Origin: a virus
Length of the DNA: 64,000 nt
IMG/VR virus record: IMGVR_UViG_3300032223_002784
Span: 27,985-91,984 of that record
Reading direction: 5' to 3' (one strand)
In this document: positions 39,845 to 50,556 of the stretch, one piece after another
Layout of the letters: each line of letters opens with the position of its first letter
How positions within the stretch are numbered: position 1 is the first letter of the stretch
The notes under the pieces: model-generated
Databases searched by the model: none
Told to the model about the DNA's origin: nothing
The model's input: the letters and a program-made list of their open reading frames with translations, nothing else
Program-made: the position numbers and the translations under genes

Positions 39845-40689
39845 AACGCTCCCTTTAAATTGTCATAGACTATTTGTGGAACTACTCCACCTTTAACTAT
39901 AATGCCTAGCTTTGCATCAAATTTTGTTAATCCCACCTTTGTTTGAACATTCATCGTTCCTGTTGCATACTTAGGGTCAAGTAGTTTCTTTTTGACTAGT
40001 GCCTTCTGTATTGTTAAAACTGCATCATTTGTCTGGCCTATTGCAAAAGAGTTTTGTGATGAAGGAAATGGTGGGGCAATAAATACTGTTGTTGATGTTG
40101 TGGTTTTAGTACTGGTTGTAGTTCCTGTATGCATAACCCCTGTAGTACCTGCAACTAAGGCTCCTGCTGTACCTACTGCTGCTGTAGTTTTCTTACTTTT
40201 AGAAACAGCAACAGTTGGTTTTACTATAACTGGATATTTTGGCCTTATTACTGCAATTACAAAAAGATAATTTCTATGAACTCTCCAACAACCTTCTTGG
40301 GTTGGATCATTTGGATTCCCAGTATTAAAAGCAATTGCGGAAAATCCTCCAGGGCTTGCTGCCTCACATAACTCTACATGATCTGCTACTCCATCGCCAT
40401 TCCAGTCATACATGACCAAATCGCCTGGTTGCATTTGAAATTTATTAACAACCATACCTTGTCTCTGAAACCATGTAAGTGCTGTGGGATTATAAGAAAA
40501 GCCTTTTGTAGTTTGTGCAGCAATTAAATGAGATAAACCCAATTGTCCAAAACACCAACTAATTCCCATTGCACAATAAGGAGCATTAGGAACTCCATAC
40601 CAAATTCCATATGGATTTTCATTTCTTGCTCCTTCATGAAAACCTATTTGGCTTCTAGCAACGTTTAAAACATCTAGGGCAGTAGCCAT
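39841..40689 (-). CDS. Endolysin: CHAP/NlpC-type catalytic domain, Thr-rich linker, PG-binding-like domain
   Basis: ARSQIG..E...N..YG.WYG..APYCAM; PGDLV.YDW..DG..DHV. Confidence 0.8.
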   Translation of the reverse strand: MATALDVLNVARSQIGFHEGARNENPYGIWYGVPNAPYCAMGISWCFGQLGLSHLIAAQTTKGFSYNPTALTWFQRQGMVVNKFQMQPGDLVMYDWNGDGVADHVELCEAASPGGFSAIAFNTGNPNDPTQEGCWRVHRNYLFVIAVIRPKYPVIVKPTVAVSKSKKTTAAVGTAGALVAGTTGVMHTGTTTSTKTTTSTTVFIAPPFPSSQNSFAIGQTNDAVLTIQKALVKKKLLDPKYATGTMNVQTKVGLTKFDAKLGIIVKGGVVPQIVYDNLKGAL

Positions 40690-40692
40690 TTG

Positions 40693-42282
40693 CTATGCCT
40701 GTTGTCTTCCCTCACCTTTAGCATTTCTAGCTGTTCCCATTTTATCTGGAGCATTTAGAACTCTATCTTGGCTTCTTGTTTTATTACCACTGGCATCTGA
40801 TGCAGCATCTTGTGCAACTTTAGGATTAATAATAAGAACATCATCTCCACCTTCAAGTGGGGCCATGCCACGACGTGAACGAACTTCATTTGGAGTAATA
40901 ACTTGATCTTTAAGATAACGATCATCAATTCTTGATTGAGTTTCTTCATCTGTCAATGCAAGTTCATTAAATCTTAAAGTAAATGCATCAGTAAATTCTC
41001 TGATAATTAAATTAATTTTATGTTCAAGTTCTTCTTGTCTTGGACGACAAACTTGCTCTTTAAATGTTTTATCTGCATCTTTAGCATTTGCAAGAGATAC
41101 ACCTTGTGGCATACCAATTTTGCTAATAGGCACTCTGTGAGCAATAAGAATACGGTCTCTATTTTCTACTGCATAATTCTTGAATGAAGAGTCTTGAACT
41201 CCCGCCTCAACAGGATCCATCTTAAACTCTACACGGCCTTGCTCTCCATCCGATGGAAGAGGAATATAAAGTGTTCTGTGATTTCTTCCCTTAAGCCCTG
41301 TTTGAAAGAATTCAAGAAGTTTACGCTCTGAATCAGCAGTAAGCTTTGCACCCTTTACAGTAATAATATAGCGAGGCACTGCTTTATTCTCAAAATAATC
41401 AAGATTAAATCTTTGAGCAAATTCATCTCCCGCAACAGCATTCTTTGCAGAAAGAACATCGGGAACTCCATAGTATGTGTTAGATGGAGTAAATACTTTG
41501 AAGTGAATAACTTCATTTGGCTGAGGGTCTGTTCCAATTTGATCTGGAGTTTCTGTATCTCCAAAATTTCTAAAAAATGTATAGCGATTATATACGACCT
41601 GAACAAAACCATCACGGTGACGACGGATTCTCATAGTTGTTGTTGGAATATGACCAAGATATCCAATCTTTCCAGTTGCAGTTCTACCAACTTCAAGATA
41701 AGCATTTCCTGTTGATTCAAGATCAATAAAAACTTTTTTCATGTTTTCAATAAAAGAATCATCTGAATTCATTGACTCAAGATAATCTCTTAGTTGTACT
41801 TTTGAATCTTCAATTCTTGAACGGATTTTATCAAGCTTCTTTGGATTATCCATAGCCTCTTCAACCTTCTTGGTTGTAGCCCATGTCTCTTCAAATTTAT
41901 ATCCTAGTCCAACTACGTTGGCTGCTTTAGCATTTACTGCTGAGTGATGGTATGGAGATACATCATATAGTTGTGCTAAATATAAAAGGTTATATGGAGG
42001 TTGTACAATTTGAAATAATGAATAACCAGTAAGGTCTAGTGGGTCAAGCTTTTTAGACTTTGCATCATCCCGCCCCGTAAATGATTTTTCTAGTCTTGTC
42101 GCATTACGACGGAGGTTAGGATTAATACCCTCCATCTTACGAATTTCATCCCATGATTTAGAAAATGGATCTTCATAGGCTTCTCCTGATGCACCGTTCA
42201 TTCCAAAGTCTACATTTGATCGGATTTGAACTTCATTTTTTTCATCATCAAAATCATTAACAACGGTTACATTATGATCCAT
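40693..42282 (-). CDS. Portal protein (PBSX/HK97-like)
   Basis: GNAYLEV, NEVIHFK, YYGVP, YFENKAVP, ITPNEVR. Confidence 0.93.
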   Translation of the reverse strand: MDHNVTVVNDFDDEKNEVQIRSNVDFGMNGASGEAYEDPFSKSWDEIRKMEGINPNLRRNATRLEKSFTGRDDAKSKKLDPLDLTGYSLFQIVQPPYNLLYLAQLYDVSPYHHSAVNAKAANVVGLGYKFEETWATTKKVEEAMDNPKKLDKIRSRIEDSKVQLRDYLESMNSDDSFIENMKKVFIDLESTGNAYLEVGRTATGKIGYLGHIPTTTMRIRRHRDGFVQVVYNRYTFFRNFGDTETPDQIGTDPQPNEVIHFKVFTPSNTYYGVPDVLSAKNAVAGDEFAQRFNLDYFENKAVPRYIITVKGAKLTADSERKLLEFFQTGLKGRNHRTLYIPLPSDGEQGRVEFKMDPVEAGVQDSSFKNYAVENRDRILIAHRVPISKIGMPQGVSLANAKDADKTFKEQVCRPRQEELEHKINLIIREFTDAFTLRFNELALTDEETQSRIDDRYLKDQVITPNEVRSRRGMAPLEGGDDVLIINPKVAQDAASDASGNKTRSQDRVLNAPDKMGTARNAKGEGRQQA

Positions 42283-42629
42283 TATGCTAGCCCCATTTCT
42301 CTTTGCTCTTTAATAAATTCCATCATTGCTGGCAAATCTTGAGGATCTGGTACTAAGCCCATTTCCATTCTTTTTCTTTGTTCAGCTAACTCTTCATCAG
42401 TTACTGGTCTATGTCCTGAAAAAAATATAGGTTTTCCTTCATTCAGTCCATACCCAACTGCTGCATCTTTTAACTTTTTAATCTGACGCAAATCACCTTT
42501 AACTGAAGGTATACTTAAATACCCGCCCTCATCATCCATAATCAAAGTATCGTCTGGCATCTGCCACATATACATTCCCCAGTTGACCTCATCAACTGAC
42601 GTTATCTTCATTGGATTTGTAGGTTTCAT
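42282..42629 (-). CDS. Hypothetical protein (leaderless start)
   Basis: ATG 42629 lies 7 nt downstream of TGGTATTAT. Confidence 0.7.
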   Translation of the reverse strand: MKPTNPMKITSVDEVNWGMYMWQMPDDTLIMDDEGGYLSIPSVKGDLRQIKKLKDAAVGYGLNEGKPIFFSGHRPVTDEELAEQRKRMEMGLVPDPQDLPAMMEFIKEQREMGLA

Positions 42630-42722
42630 ATACACATAATACCATTTTATTCGGCTAAAGCACAAATAATAGCCATCAAACTACCATTATTTTATAATTA
42701 AATGATGTTTTATGCCAAAGTA

Positions 42723-42750
42723 ATAGGCCCCACATTTCTGTAGGGCCTAT
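42723..42750 (-). terminator. Putative terminator
   Basis: ataggccc...gggcctat inverted repeat. Confidence 0.55.
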
Positions 42751-42767
42751 GTTAAAGAGTTAATCTT

Positions 42768-45700
42768 TTATGCTTGTGCTTCGGTCCAAGATATGCGACC
42801 AAGTACTGCTTGTGATGTTGTTGAAAGGTTAGTTACAACAATTGTCAGTGTATCTGGTCCATCTGGGTAAACTCCAGCGTTTGAGTATCCAAATCCTCCA
42901 CCTTGTAGAGAATTTCCAAGGTCACGGACTAAAGAAATATCTGAAGTTCCTGTACTTGAAACAAAGAATCCTCCAGTTCCTTCTCCTCCAAATACTGTAA
43001 CGTTGTTACCTGCATAGTCTGCAATTTGTGCAAGACTTGAGCTTGGTACGTTGACAGCATTTCTAACAGAGTTTGTCCATGCAATATTCGTCAATGTAGA
43101 AGAAGACCCTGGATTAATTACTGGAACTGCATTTAAGAATGCTTGTACAAGAACGTTTCCAGTCGTTGTACCTACAAGACTAATATCAAGTGTCTTGAAT
43201 ATAAGTTGCATTCTATTAATAAGTTCACGAGTGCCTAGGGCACCTGTAATACCATTATCAACCGATGGGGCTACTCTTAGTGAGAATAGTGCTTTTGCAT
43301 TTCCACCTGATAGTGAATATGAATTTGTTCCACCTACGGTAACAGAGTTGTTAAGAACAATGTGGGTAGAATCTGTAACAGAAACAACATATGTTCCATC
43401 TGGTATAGACCCCGTACCTGCTGTACCAGTAGTGATAACCATTCCAGGAACAATGTTTGTATTGGCTGCTGATAGAGTTAGTGTAGTAGATGCAGTTGCA
43501 GTAACGTTTGCAATTGTAACTCCACCATTTGGAGCAAGCGTTGTTGATTGAGTTTGTCCATAGTTAAATACAAGAGACTTATCATCATCATAGCGACCAT
43601 CCATAATAACCGAAGTACCCCAGTGTGAAAGCCCTGGGCCATATGTAGGATATGCAAGCTCTACAACTACTGGAGATGTAGCAACATATGAGTATGTAAG
43701 ACCGCTTGTTGTTGTTGAACCTGTTGTTCCGCCATATGCTAGTGGTGGGAAAATTGCATTTCCTGTAGGGTTAATTACTGCACCATTTGAAAGAGTTAAA
43801 ACAGATCCAACAATTGCTTGAATGAATGTGCCCTCTGGGAATGCTGGGTGAATAATTCTTTGTCCTACTTGAAGACCTAGAATTGAACCAGCTGTTACCG
43901 TATTAGATCCAGCAGCACCGCTTGAGAGTGCTACAGAAGTGTTTCCACCTTGAATACGAGTACATCCAGTAAATGTTAATGTTGTCTTTCCAGTGTAGTT
44001 AATAGCTTCATAGGACTGTGCAGCAATATTATTTGTACTTCCTGGTCGGATAATCAAAGTTCCAGAAGATGGAAAGTTTGTCGTATCTGCTACGTTGATA
44101 ATTGTATCTGTAGAACCAATCTGTGAAGTAAGGATTGTATATGGAGCAATTGTTGCTGATTCATAACGTGCTGGCAAGTTAGCAGAACGTGCCCAAGCCA
44201 TATTATTATTGTTGTTATTTGGAAGTCTTGTGACCCAAATAATCTTACCCTTAGCTCCTCTGAATCCCCAACGAATAGATCCAGCACCATACCATGAAAA
44301 ATCAATAAAGAACATCTGCATCCTAGAAAGATCTAAGTTGTATCCTGATGGGCCTGCTCCGTCAAGACGATCAATTGTAAATGCATCCTGGCGAACTTTT
44401 GCATCAATTGTTTTTGTAACAATTACGTTTGAAGCAGATGCACCACGATATTGAGATGAAAGTGTTAATGATGTGTCAGACCCAATATCTTGAATCTTGT
44501 ATGACATACCACGAATAACAATCCAGTCACCTGCAGCAACTTGCTTATTAAACAATGTTGGAAAGTTTGTTGATCCTGTTATAGTAGTTGAGCCTTGTGT
44601 AACAGAAACACGACCAGAAATCTGATATGTTGAATAACGACGAACAGTATAAAGATTTTGTCCATCATACTCAAAGAATGCACCGTTTTGATTGTCATAA
44701 ATGCCAAGTCTAGTAACGGCTCCGTTCCAATTTGTTGCTGAAACATAGGCTGGGCCAGTTGCTTGAGTTGTGGCAAGTGTTGCTATAGCAGTAATTAAGA
44801 ATGTATTGTAATTAACAATTCCCGAAACCGCATAATAGCCATTATATCCATTATCTGTTGAACCAGAAATTGCAATTTCATATCCTGGTTGTAAATTGTG
44901 TTTTTCTTTAACTGTTACAGTAATTGTAGATCCTACTGCAAGTCCAGTTGATGACATATTATCAACATTAAGTGTTGGTTTTAGAATTGTGCCAGAGGAC
45001 ATTGTAATTCCCTTGCCTGATTGATATCTAAAATAACGACGTGTTTGACGAATAAGAGTATTATTATTTGATCCCGCATTTGATTGGAAAAGAATTCCGC
45101 CATCAAAAGCTCTATGTTGAACTTGTCCTTGTGGACGCATAAATACTGCTGAGCTAAATACATAGGATGTAGCAGTAACTGCTGCTGTCAAAGGTTGATT
45201 TAAAGTAACGATTGTTTGAGTTGCACCAACTGTAGTATTAGTAACAAATGCTGATGTTGGAATACCTACTCCAGATACAGTCATTCCTGGAACAATTCCA
45301 GATGTTGATGTCACAACAAAAACGCTTGAACCAATAGCTCCTGCAGTTCCAGAAGCTGCTACTGCTGTAGCTGTTGTGGATGCGGTTACAGTTCCAGATA
45401 CGCCTGCGGGGGTGTAATAAACAAACTGCGTTGGACTATTGATTGTTGCAACAGCAAAGTTACCATTAAGTGCGGTAACTCCAGTAACACCAGCTATAGC
45501 GATTTCATTTCCGATTGAAAGTCCATGAGGAATTGTTGTTGTTACAACTACTCCTTGTGTTGCTGAAAATGTTGTTGTTCCTGATGTTAAGCTTGTGATT
45601 GTTGGAGCTGTCCCAATTTGTGAATTAGAAAAGTATGCTTCTTGAATAATAAGAGATCTTCCTGAATCATATATGGATGATGAGGCAAATGTAGTAGAAA

Positions 45701-46577
45701 TTGGTGACCTAGAGGTATAAGTAAATGTAGATTCTGATGCACGAGATTCAACAAGATATCTTCCATTTGCATTTGGGGTTAAAGTATCAATTACGTTAAT
45801 TGGAGTTCCAACTGGAGGGACAACACCTGCCGTACAAGTTGGAGTTGTCATTGTTGCTGTACCTGTTGTTACATTTTGAATTTGGAATGTTGTTGAAGAA
45901 GGAATTGCAATAATTTGTGCTGCTGTTACGTTAAATCCTGCAACAGATGCACCAGTGGTTGTTACATATTGTCCTACTGAAAAGCTATGTGCTGCAGATG
46001 TTGTATATGTTGCAATATATGTTGAACCATTTCCTGCTGCAGCAGTAAGTGTTGCTGATTGTGTTGTTACTGCAACGGTAATGCTTCTAGATCCTGCTGT
46101 TGAAGTTGTAATATTAGAAAGAGCAAGATTTTGATAATTATATCCATATGTTGCTGGTCGGTTATTAACCAAAGAAAGAGATTCCCACTTAGAAGATTGT
46201 GGGCCATATTCAAAGTCTGTGTCAATAAGTGCTTGTGGAGTAGAGACCTTAAGTTTACCTACTGCATCTTGCATTTCTTCCGAAGGAACAATTTGTTCCT
46301 CATACTCATCAAGTGTAATTTGAATTTCATCATCTGAGCTAAGTGCTGCTGTGTTATATTTTAATACAATGCTTGTATAATCATTACCATCTGTGCCTAC
46401 GCCTGTGTTAAAAGTCACATAGCCTAATGATGGATCGGAGAAGTTATAAATGACCTTATTTGCGGTAATGTCCGTGATAAGAATAAGGTGCTCATGAGGC
46501 ACATAGTGCGGGAATGTGATTGTTCTTGTTACTGGATTAAATGTATACCAGGTTTCCTTCATTATTTTACGTGCCAT
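42768..46577 (-). CDS. Large virion structural protein with repeated beta modules
   Basis: 1269 aa; TT..AHGL..G repeat modules; RQTRRYFRYQSGKG. Confidence 0.65.
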   Translation of the reverse strand: MARKIMKETWYTFNPVTRTITFPHYVPHEHLILITDITANKVIYNFSDPSLGYVTFNTGVGTDGNDYTSIVLKYNTAALSSDDEIQITLDEYEEQIVPSEEMQDAVGKLKVSTPQALIDTDFEYGPQSSKWESLSLVNNRPATYGYNYQNLALSNITTSTAGSRSITVAVTTQSATLTAAAGNGSTYIATYTTSAAHSFSVGQYVTTTGASVAGFNVTAAQIIAIPSSTTFQIQNVTTGTATMTTPTCTAGVVPPVGTPINVIDTLTPNANGRYLVESRASESTFTYTSRSPISTTFASSSIYDSGRSLIIQEAYFSNSQIGTAPTITSLTSGTTTFSATQGVVVTTTIPHGLSIGNEIAIAGVTGVTALNGNFAVATINSPTQFVYYTPAGVSGTVTASTTATAVAASGTAGAIGSSVFVVTSTSGIVPGMTVSGVGIPTSAFVTNTTVGATQTIVTLNQPLTAAVTATSYVFSSAVFMRPQGQVQHRAFDGGILFQSNAGSNNNTLIRQTRRYFRYQSGKGITMSSGTILKPTLNVDNMSSTGLAVGSTITVTVKEKHNLQPGYEIAISGSTDNGYNGYYAVSGIVNYNTFLITAIATLATTQATGPAYVSATNWNGAVTRLGIYDNQNGAFFEYDGQNLYTVRRYSTYQISGRVSVTQGSTTITGSTNFPTLFNKQVAAGDWIVIRGMSYKIQDIGSDTSLTLSSQYRGASASNVIVTKTIDAKVRQDAFTIDRLDGAGPSGYNLDLSRMQMFFIDFSWYGAGSIRWGFRGAKGKIIWVTRLPNNNNNNMAWARSANLPARYESATIAPYTILTSQIGSTDTIINVADTTNFPSSGTLIIRPGSTNNIAAQSYEAINYTGKTTLTFTGCTRIQGGNTSVALSSGAAGSNTVTAGSILGLQVGQRIIHPAFPEGTFIQAIVGSVLTLSNGAVINPTGNAIFPPLAYGGTTGSTTTSGLTYSYVATSPVVVELAYPTYGPGLSHWGTSVIMDGRYDDDKSLVFNYGQTQSTTLAPNGGVTIANVTATASTTLTLSAANTNIVPGMVITTGTAGTGSIPDGTYVVSVTDSTHIVLNNSVTVGGTNSYSLSGGNAKALFSLRVAPSVDNGITGALGTRELINRMQLIFKTLDISLVGTTTGNVLVQAFLNAVPVINPGSSSTLTNIAWTNSVRNAVNVPSSSLAQIADYAGNNVTVFGGEGTGGFFVSSTGTSDISLVRDLGNSLQGGGFGYSNAGVYPDGPDTLTIVVTNLSTTSQAVLGRISWTEAQA

Positions 46578-46651
46578 TTATTTATCTCCCTTTAATATTG
46601 TCGTTGACCTTTATTATAGCATTTTTCTATTCAAAAGGTAAAAATGTTGTT

Positions 46652-46852
46652 TTAAACTACAGGCCTAGTATTTAAGATATTTGGCTGGTTTCCCGCCTCT
46701 ACCCAGCTGATATATTCTACAAAATCTGGGTCCTCATTGCTTTGGCAGGGAGCAACTTGAAATTGATCCAAGTCCCTAATGACTACTCCCTCATCTAGTA
46801 TAATTGTATACATATTATGAGTCCGAATCCACATATAATGACATAATATCAA
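46652..46852 (-). CDS. Small protein (possible fibre chaperone)
   Basis: DPDFVEYISWVEAGNQP; follows a fibre gene. Confidence 0.5.
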   Translation of the reverse strand: MILCHYMWIRTHNMYTIILDEGVVIRDLDQFQVAPCQSNEDPDFVEYISWVEAGNQPNILNTRPVV

Positions 46853-48926
46853 ATGCTGTTGTTACTGCCGTAAGGTTATTTGATCTCCACATTTGCATTC
46901 CCAAAAGTGTAGTTGAGTTTGGCAACTGAGTACCAACTGTTGCTGCTTTTAAGGTTCCAATAGCTGTGACCTTGGTTACAAGATTTGTCACAATATAAGA
47001 AGTTGAGTTTGTTGATGTTGAGGCGTTATAAAGTGTAAGTTCATAGTAATTATTTGGATCTACTGGAAAAGATGATCCTAATGAAATAGGTGTTTGTGCT
47101 GCTGACCCGCCATAATATAGGCTCAAATATCTATCAGATGCTCCATGCCCAACACCCATTGAGTTAATCAATGTGCTTGGCTCTACGTTTGTAGCTGAAG
47201 AAGTTGATGAAGATAGTCCATAAAATCCTCTTGCTCCATTTGTCATGGCCCAAGTTGCAGTTGAGTTGCTTCCAGTAAGGGTCTGGTTTACTATAAAGTT
47301 TGTTGTTGCAGTTACACCATATACTGTAAATAAGGTATTGTATACAGCAGATGTTGCACCTGAAACTGTTACTAATGACCCCAGATATGGGGGAGTTGTT
47401 GTTGAAAATGTTGAAAAGTTAGCTGAATAAGTAGCTGTTGATGTCGCTCCTGTGGCGGTGCTGCTTACGGTAATGCTTGTACCTGCAGTAACTGCTACAA
47501 CTGTATAATTACCATTAAATGCCGTAGTTGTTGAACCCGCAATTGTAATAGGTTGTCCTACCACAACTCCTGTAGTTGTTGCAGTTGAGTACACAACTGT
47601 GCTGTAAGAATAGTTGGCTGTTGATGTTGCACCAGTTGCTGTGCTTAATACAGTTATGCTTGTGCTTCCAGTAACTGCTGAAACCGTAAAGGTACCATTA
47701 AATGCCGTAGTTGTTGCACCTGCAATTGTAATCTGTTGCCCTACGGTAATACCTGTAGTTGTTGCAGTTGAATATGTAACTGTAGTTCCTGTGCTGGCAA
47801 TTGCGGTAATTGATACTCCCGAAACAGGTGTTCCTGCAGTAATGGCAGTGATTGCAACAGCTGATTGCACGGTATTAGTAATTGCAGTAATTGATACTGC
47901 ATCAGTACACGGAGCAAATCTTTGTACAGAATAAAATCCTCCTAGGCCAGTACCATCTCCCATTGTAAACATTGCCGTTGGAAGCCTTAAGGATGGAACA
48001 GATCCTGCTGTTGCAGATGAAGCAACATATCCAATTCTTTTTGTTCTTGTAACTGCATTTGTTGTTGCTGGTGTTCTTGCTGTAGCAGTAGCTGTACTTG
48101 AGGTAAATGTTGGGAATCCCCAAATTCCTGGAGCGGTTGATGAACCAGCACCTGGAATCCAACCAGAAGTTGGTCGGTGTCCAATAGAAGGCTGAAGCAA
48201 CGTACTTAAATTAGAAGTAATTCGTTTTGTTTTATTTGTTAAAACAGAGATACTGTTTGTATCCATAATTTGATAATAGTTAAAGGAAGAGGTTCCTGTT
48301 ATATCTGTTGCTTTATTATTTGAGAACCAAAGAGTACCGCCATTAACAGTTCCCGTGTCTACTGGGATAATTGCTACGGCTAGTTTAGCACCAGTATCAG
48401 CATCATTATCTCTGGTTAAAACCATTGGTATACCACCAGCACCTTGAGTCACAACAATCCAAACACCATTTTGCCTTGCATCTGTTTGATCTTTAAATAA
48501 TACTCTTTGATCTGTAGTAATTGGCTGATCATCAATGCTAATTTCACCTGTTGCTGTATATGTGAATGTATCAGCAGTTCCACCTTCGTCTGGAATACCA
48601 GCTCCAACAACATAGGTTCCAACTTGATTTGTTGTTGTTGCTGCTGTTACCTGCTCTTTAAGTTGGAAAGAAACCCATTGTGGACCACCGTTTTCTAATT
48701 TTGATCCATATGACATAAGTAATTGTCCAGCAGTTCCTGCATCCGTGGAAGAAAAGTTTCCATTATCATTTGCATACATAACTCCAGCAACAGTCGGTGG
48801 AATTTTATCAAATTGAATCATACCAACAATGTCTAATCCCCCAGTGACTGCAAGCCCATTTGTAACATTTAAGTTACTAATAACTAGTTCGTCTGGGTAT
48901 GGAAAGTTAATCTTTTGAATTGGCAT
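46815..48926 (-). CDS. Fibre/decoration protein with a tandem ~61-aa duplication
   Basis: DQRVLFKDQT..RQNGVW module; duplicated STATTTG..VGQ.ITIAG.TTTAFNG. Confidence 0.65.
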   Translation of the reverse strand: MPIQKINFPYPDELVISNLNVTNGLAVTGGLDIVGMIQFDKIPPTVAGVMYANDNGNFSSTDAGTAGQLLMSYGSKLENGGPQWVSFQLKEQVTAATTTNQVGTYVVGAGIPDEGGTADTFTYTATGEISIDDQPITTDQRVLFKDQTDARQNGVWIVVTQGAGGIPMVLTRDNDADTGAKLAVAIIPVDTGTVNGGTLWFSNNKATDITGTSSFNYYQIMDTNSISVLTNKTKRITSNLSTLLQPSIGHRPTSGWIPGAGSSTAPGIWGFPTFTSSTATATARTPATTNAVTRTKRIGYVASSATAGSVPSLRLPTAMFTMGDGTGLGGFYSVQRFAPCTDAVSITAITNTVQSAVAITAITAGTPVSGVSITAIASTGTTVTYSTATTTGITVGQQITIAGATTTAFNGTFTVSAVTGSTSITVLSTATGATSTANYSYSTVVYSTATTTGVVVGQPITIAGSTTTAFNGNYTVVAVTAGTSITVSSTATGATSTATYSANFSTFSTTTPPYLGSLVTVSGATSAVYNTLFTVYGVTATTNFIVNQTLTGSNSTATWAMTNGARGFYGLSSSTSSATNVEPSTLINSMGVGHGASDRYLSLYYGGSAAQTPISLGSSFPVDPNNYYELTLYNASTSTNSTSYIVTNLVTKVTAIGTLKAATVGTQLPNSTTLLGMQMWRSNNLTAVTTAFDIMSLYVDSDS

Positions 48927-48927
48927 T

Positions 48928-50553
48928 TTATGCTCCCGCTCCTACCATTATGTCCATTGCGTCAAATGGATAGTATGTTGTAACTGTTGATATATCTGGA
49001 CCTGCCATATATCTACCATTAAATTGAGATCCTGCTGGAATTGGATCTGGAAAAGCTAAATACCCATCAGAATCTATAAAGCAATATTCATATCCAAAAA
49101 CTGTTTGATATACAAAGTCGGGTGTGCCTATTGGCTGGGTTACACCATTAAGTGTTATTAATAATCTAAATTGATTAGTAATTTCAATGGGTTCCCCTTG
49201 GTATGTTAGTTTAAATCTATTTTCAATTCCGTCAAAATATTTTTCAATATTATCAATTGGAATAATTTGTTCAAGTTGTGGTTGTCGTGAATTGGATACA
49301 GTATTAAAAGTAATTGGGTCAACACCAAGACTTTGATCAGCTTTAAAAGCTGATGACCAAATAGTTCCGCCGTTGATCTCTCCTAAAGCAACGGGGATAA
49401 TCATTGATGCTACCTTTTGAGTAGTATCAACATCGTTATCACGGAACATGGTAACATATCCTACGGTATTAGACATTACTCCATCATCAGTAATTATATA
49501 AACACCATTTGCTGCATATGATGGAGTTGTCCAAATTGTTTGATCTTTTACCAAAATTCTATCATCAACTTGTAATTGATATCCATCAACAATCAATGGT
49601 CCATCCGCAGCTAGTGCTATCTGGTCTGGGTATGTAACTTCTTGGATATTTGATGTAGAAGATGGCCAGGAAATCAACTCATGATTTGGGTTTACGGTTA
49701 CTCTTGTAAATGATCCTTCTAAAGGCTTTGTTGTTGCAACAGTTGCTTGTTCTTTAAGCTGAAAAGAAACCCATTGTGGACCACCGTTTATACCCGCAGT
49801 TCCATAAGACATTAAAAGTTGTCCAGGATTTCCGTAGTTTGGTGCAGTCATAGAGCTTACAAAGTTTATAGGAGAAGATCCCCATGTTGATTCATCAGAT
49901 AGTGTACAAACCCAAACAGTTCCGCCATTGCTTCCTCCTCTAAATACTTGAATTAAAGAAGCAGATAATTTACTGCGTGTATCAGCATCATTATCACGCA
50001 TTAATACTGTTGAGCCACTCATGCCTGTTGAAATAGATTCAACTACATAAATACCATTTTGTGTTGGATCTGGTTGATCTTTTACAAGAATTCTTTCTCC
50101 AACATCAACATAATCTCCATCAATAGGGATCCACGTTCCATGAACTGTTAGTGTTGCTGGAGTTACACCTTCTACTCCATTATCATATGTTACATCTGGA
50201 AAATAAACTTGATTTGTTGCTACAGAAACTGGCTCATGCACATTATATTGAACAAATTGTGGACCACCATTAGAAATATCTCCATATGACATAAGTAGTT
50301 GTCCAGCATTTCCTGGATCAGCGGATGTAATATTATTTACTGCATCTGTAAATAGAACTCCGCCAGCTTGTGGTGGTGTTGTTGGGCTTGCATTAATTCC
50401 AGCATATGCTAAATCATTCCAATGGTGTATCCCGTCACCAATTTTTTGTTTGTGTGTATCTAATTCAAGGCCTAATTCACCTTCTGCAAGGATTGGATTT
50501 GTGGAAGTCCACAATGATGCTAAACCACGTCTAAACTGAATTTGTATAGCCAT
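48928..50553 (-). CDS. Fibre protein with Mtd-N-like N-terminus and two RILVKDQ modules
   Basis: MAIQIQFRRG...WTSTNPILAEGELGLELDT..KIGDG. Confidence 0.7.
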   Translation of the reverse strand: MAIQIQFRRGLASLWTSTNPILAEGELGLELDTHKQKIGDGIHHWNDLAYAGINASPTTPPQAGGVLFTDAVNNITSADPGNAGQLLMSYGDISNGGPQFVQYNVHEPVSVATNQVYFPDVTYDNGVEGVTPATLTVHGTWIPIDGDYVDVGERILVKDQPDPTQNGIYVVESISTGMSGSTVLMRDNDADTRSKLSASLIQVFRGGSNGGTVWVCTLSDESTWGSSPINFVSSMTAPNYGNPGQLLMSYGTAGINGGPQWVSFQLKEQATVATTKPLEGSFTRVTVNPNHELISWPSSTSNIQEVTYPDQIALAADGPLIVDGYQLQVDDRILVKDQTIWTTPSYAANGVYIITDDGVMSNTVGYVTMFRDNDVDTTQKVASMIIPVALGEINGGTIWSSAFKADQSLGVDPITFNTVSNSRQPQLEQIIPIDNIEKYFDGIENRFKLTYQGEPIEITNQFRLLITLNGVTQPIGTPDFVYQTVFGYEYCFIDSDGYLAFPDPIPAGSQFNGRYMAGPDISTVTTYYPFDAMDIMVGAGA

Positions 50554-50556
50554 CTA

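Noticed and set aside
48928-50553. Diversity-generating retroelement suggested by the Mtd-N-like domain
   Set aside because: No reverse transcriptase and no repeat pair differing only at adenines was seen; this N-terminal domain is common in fibres
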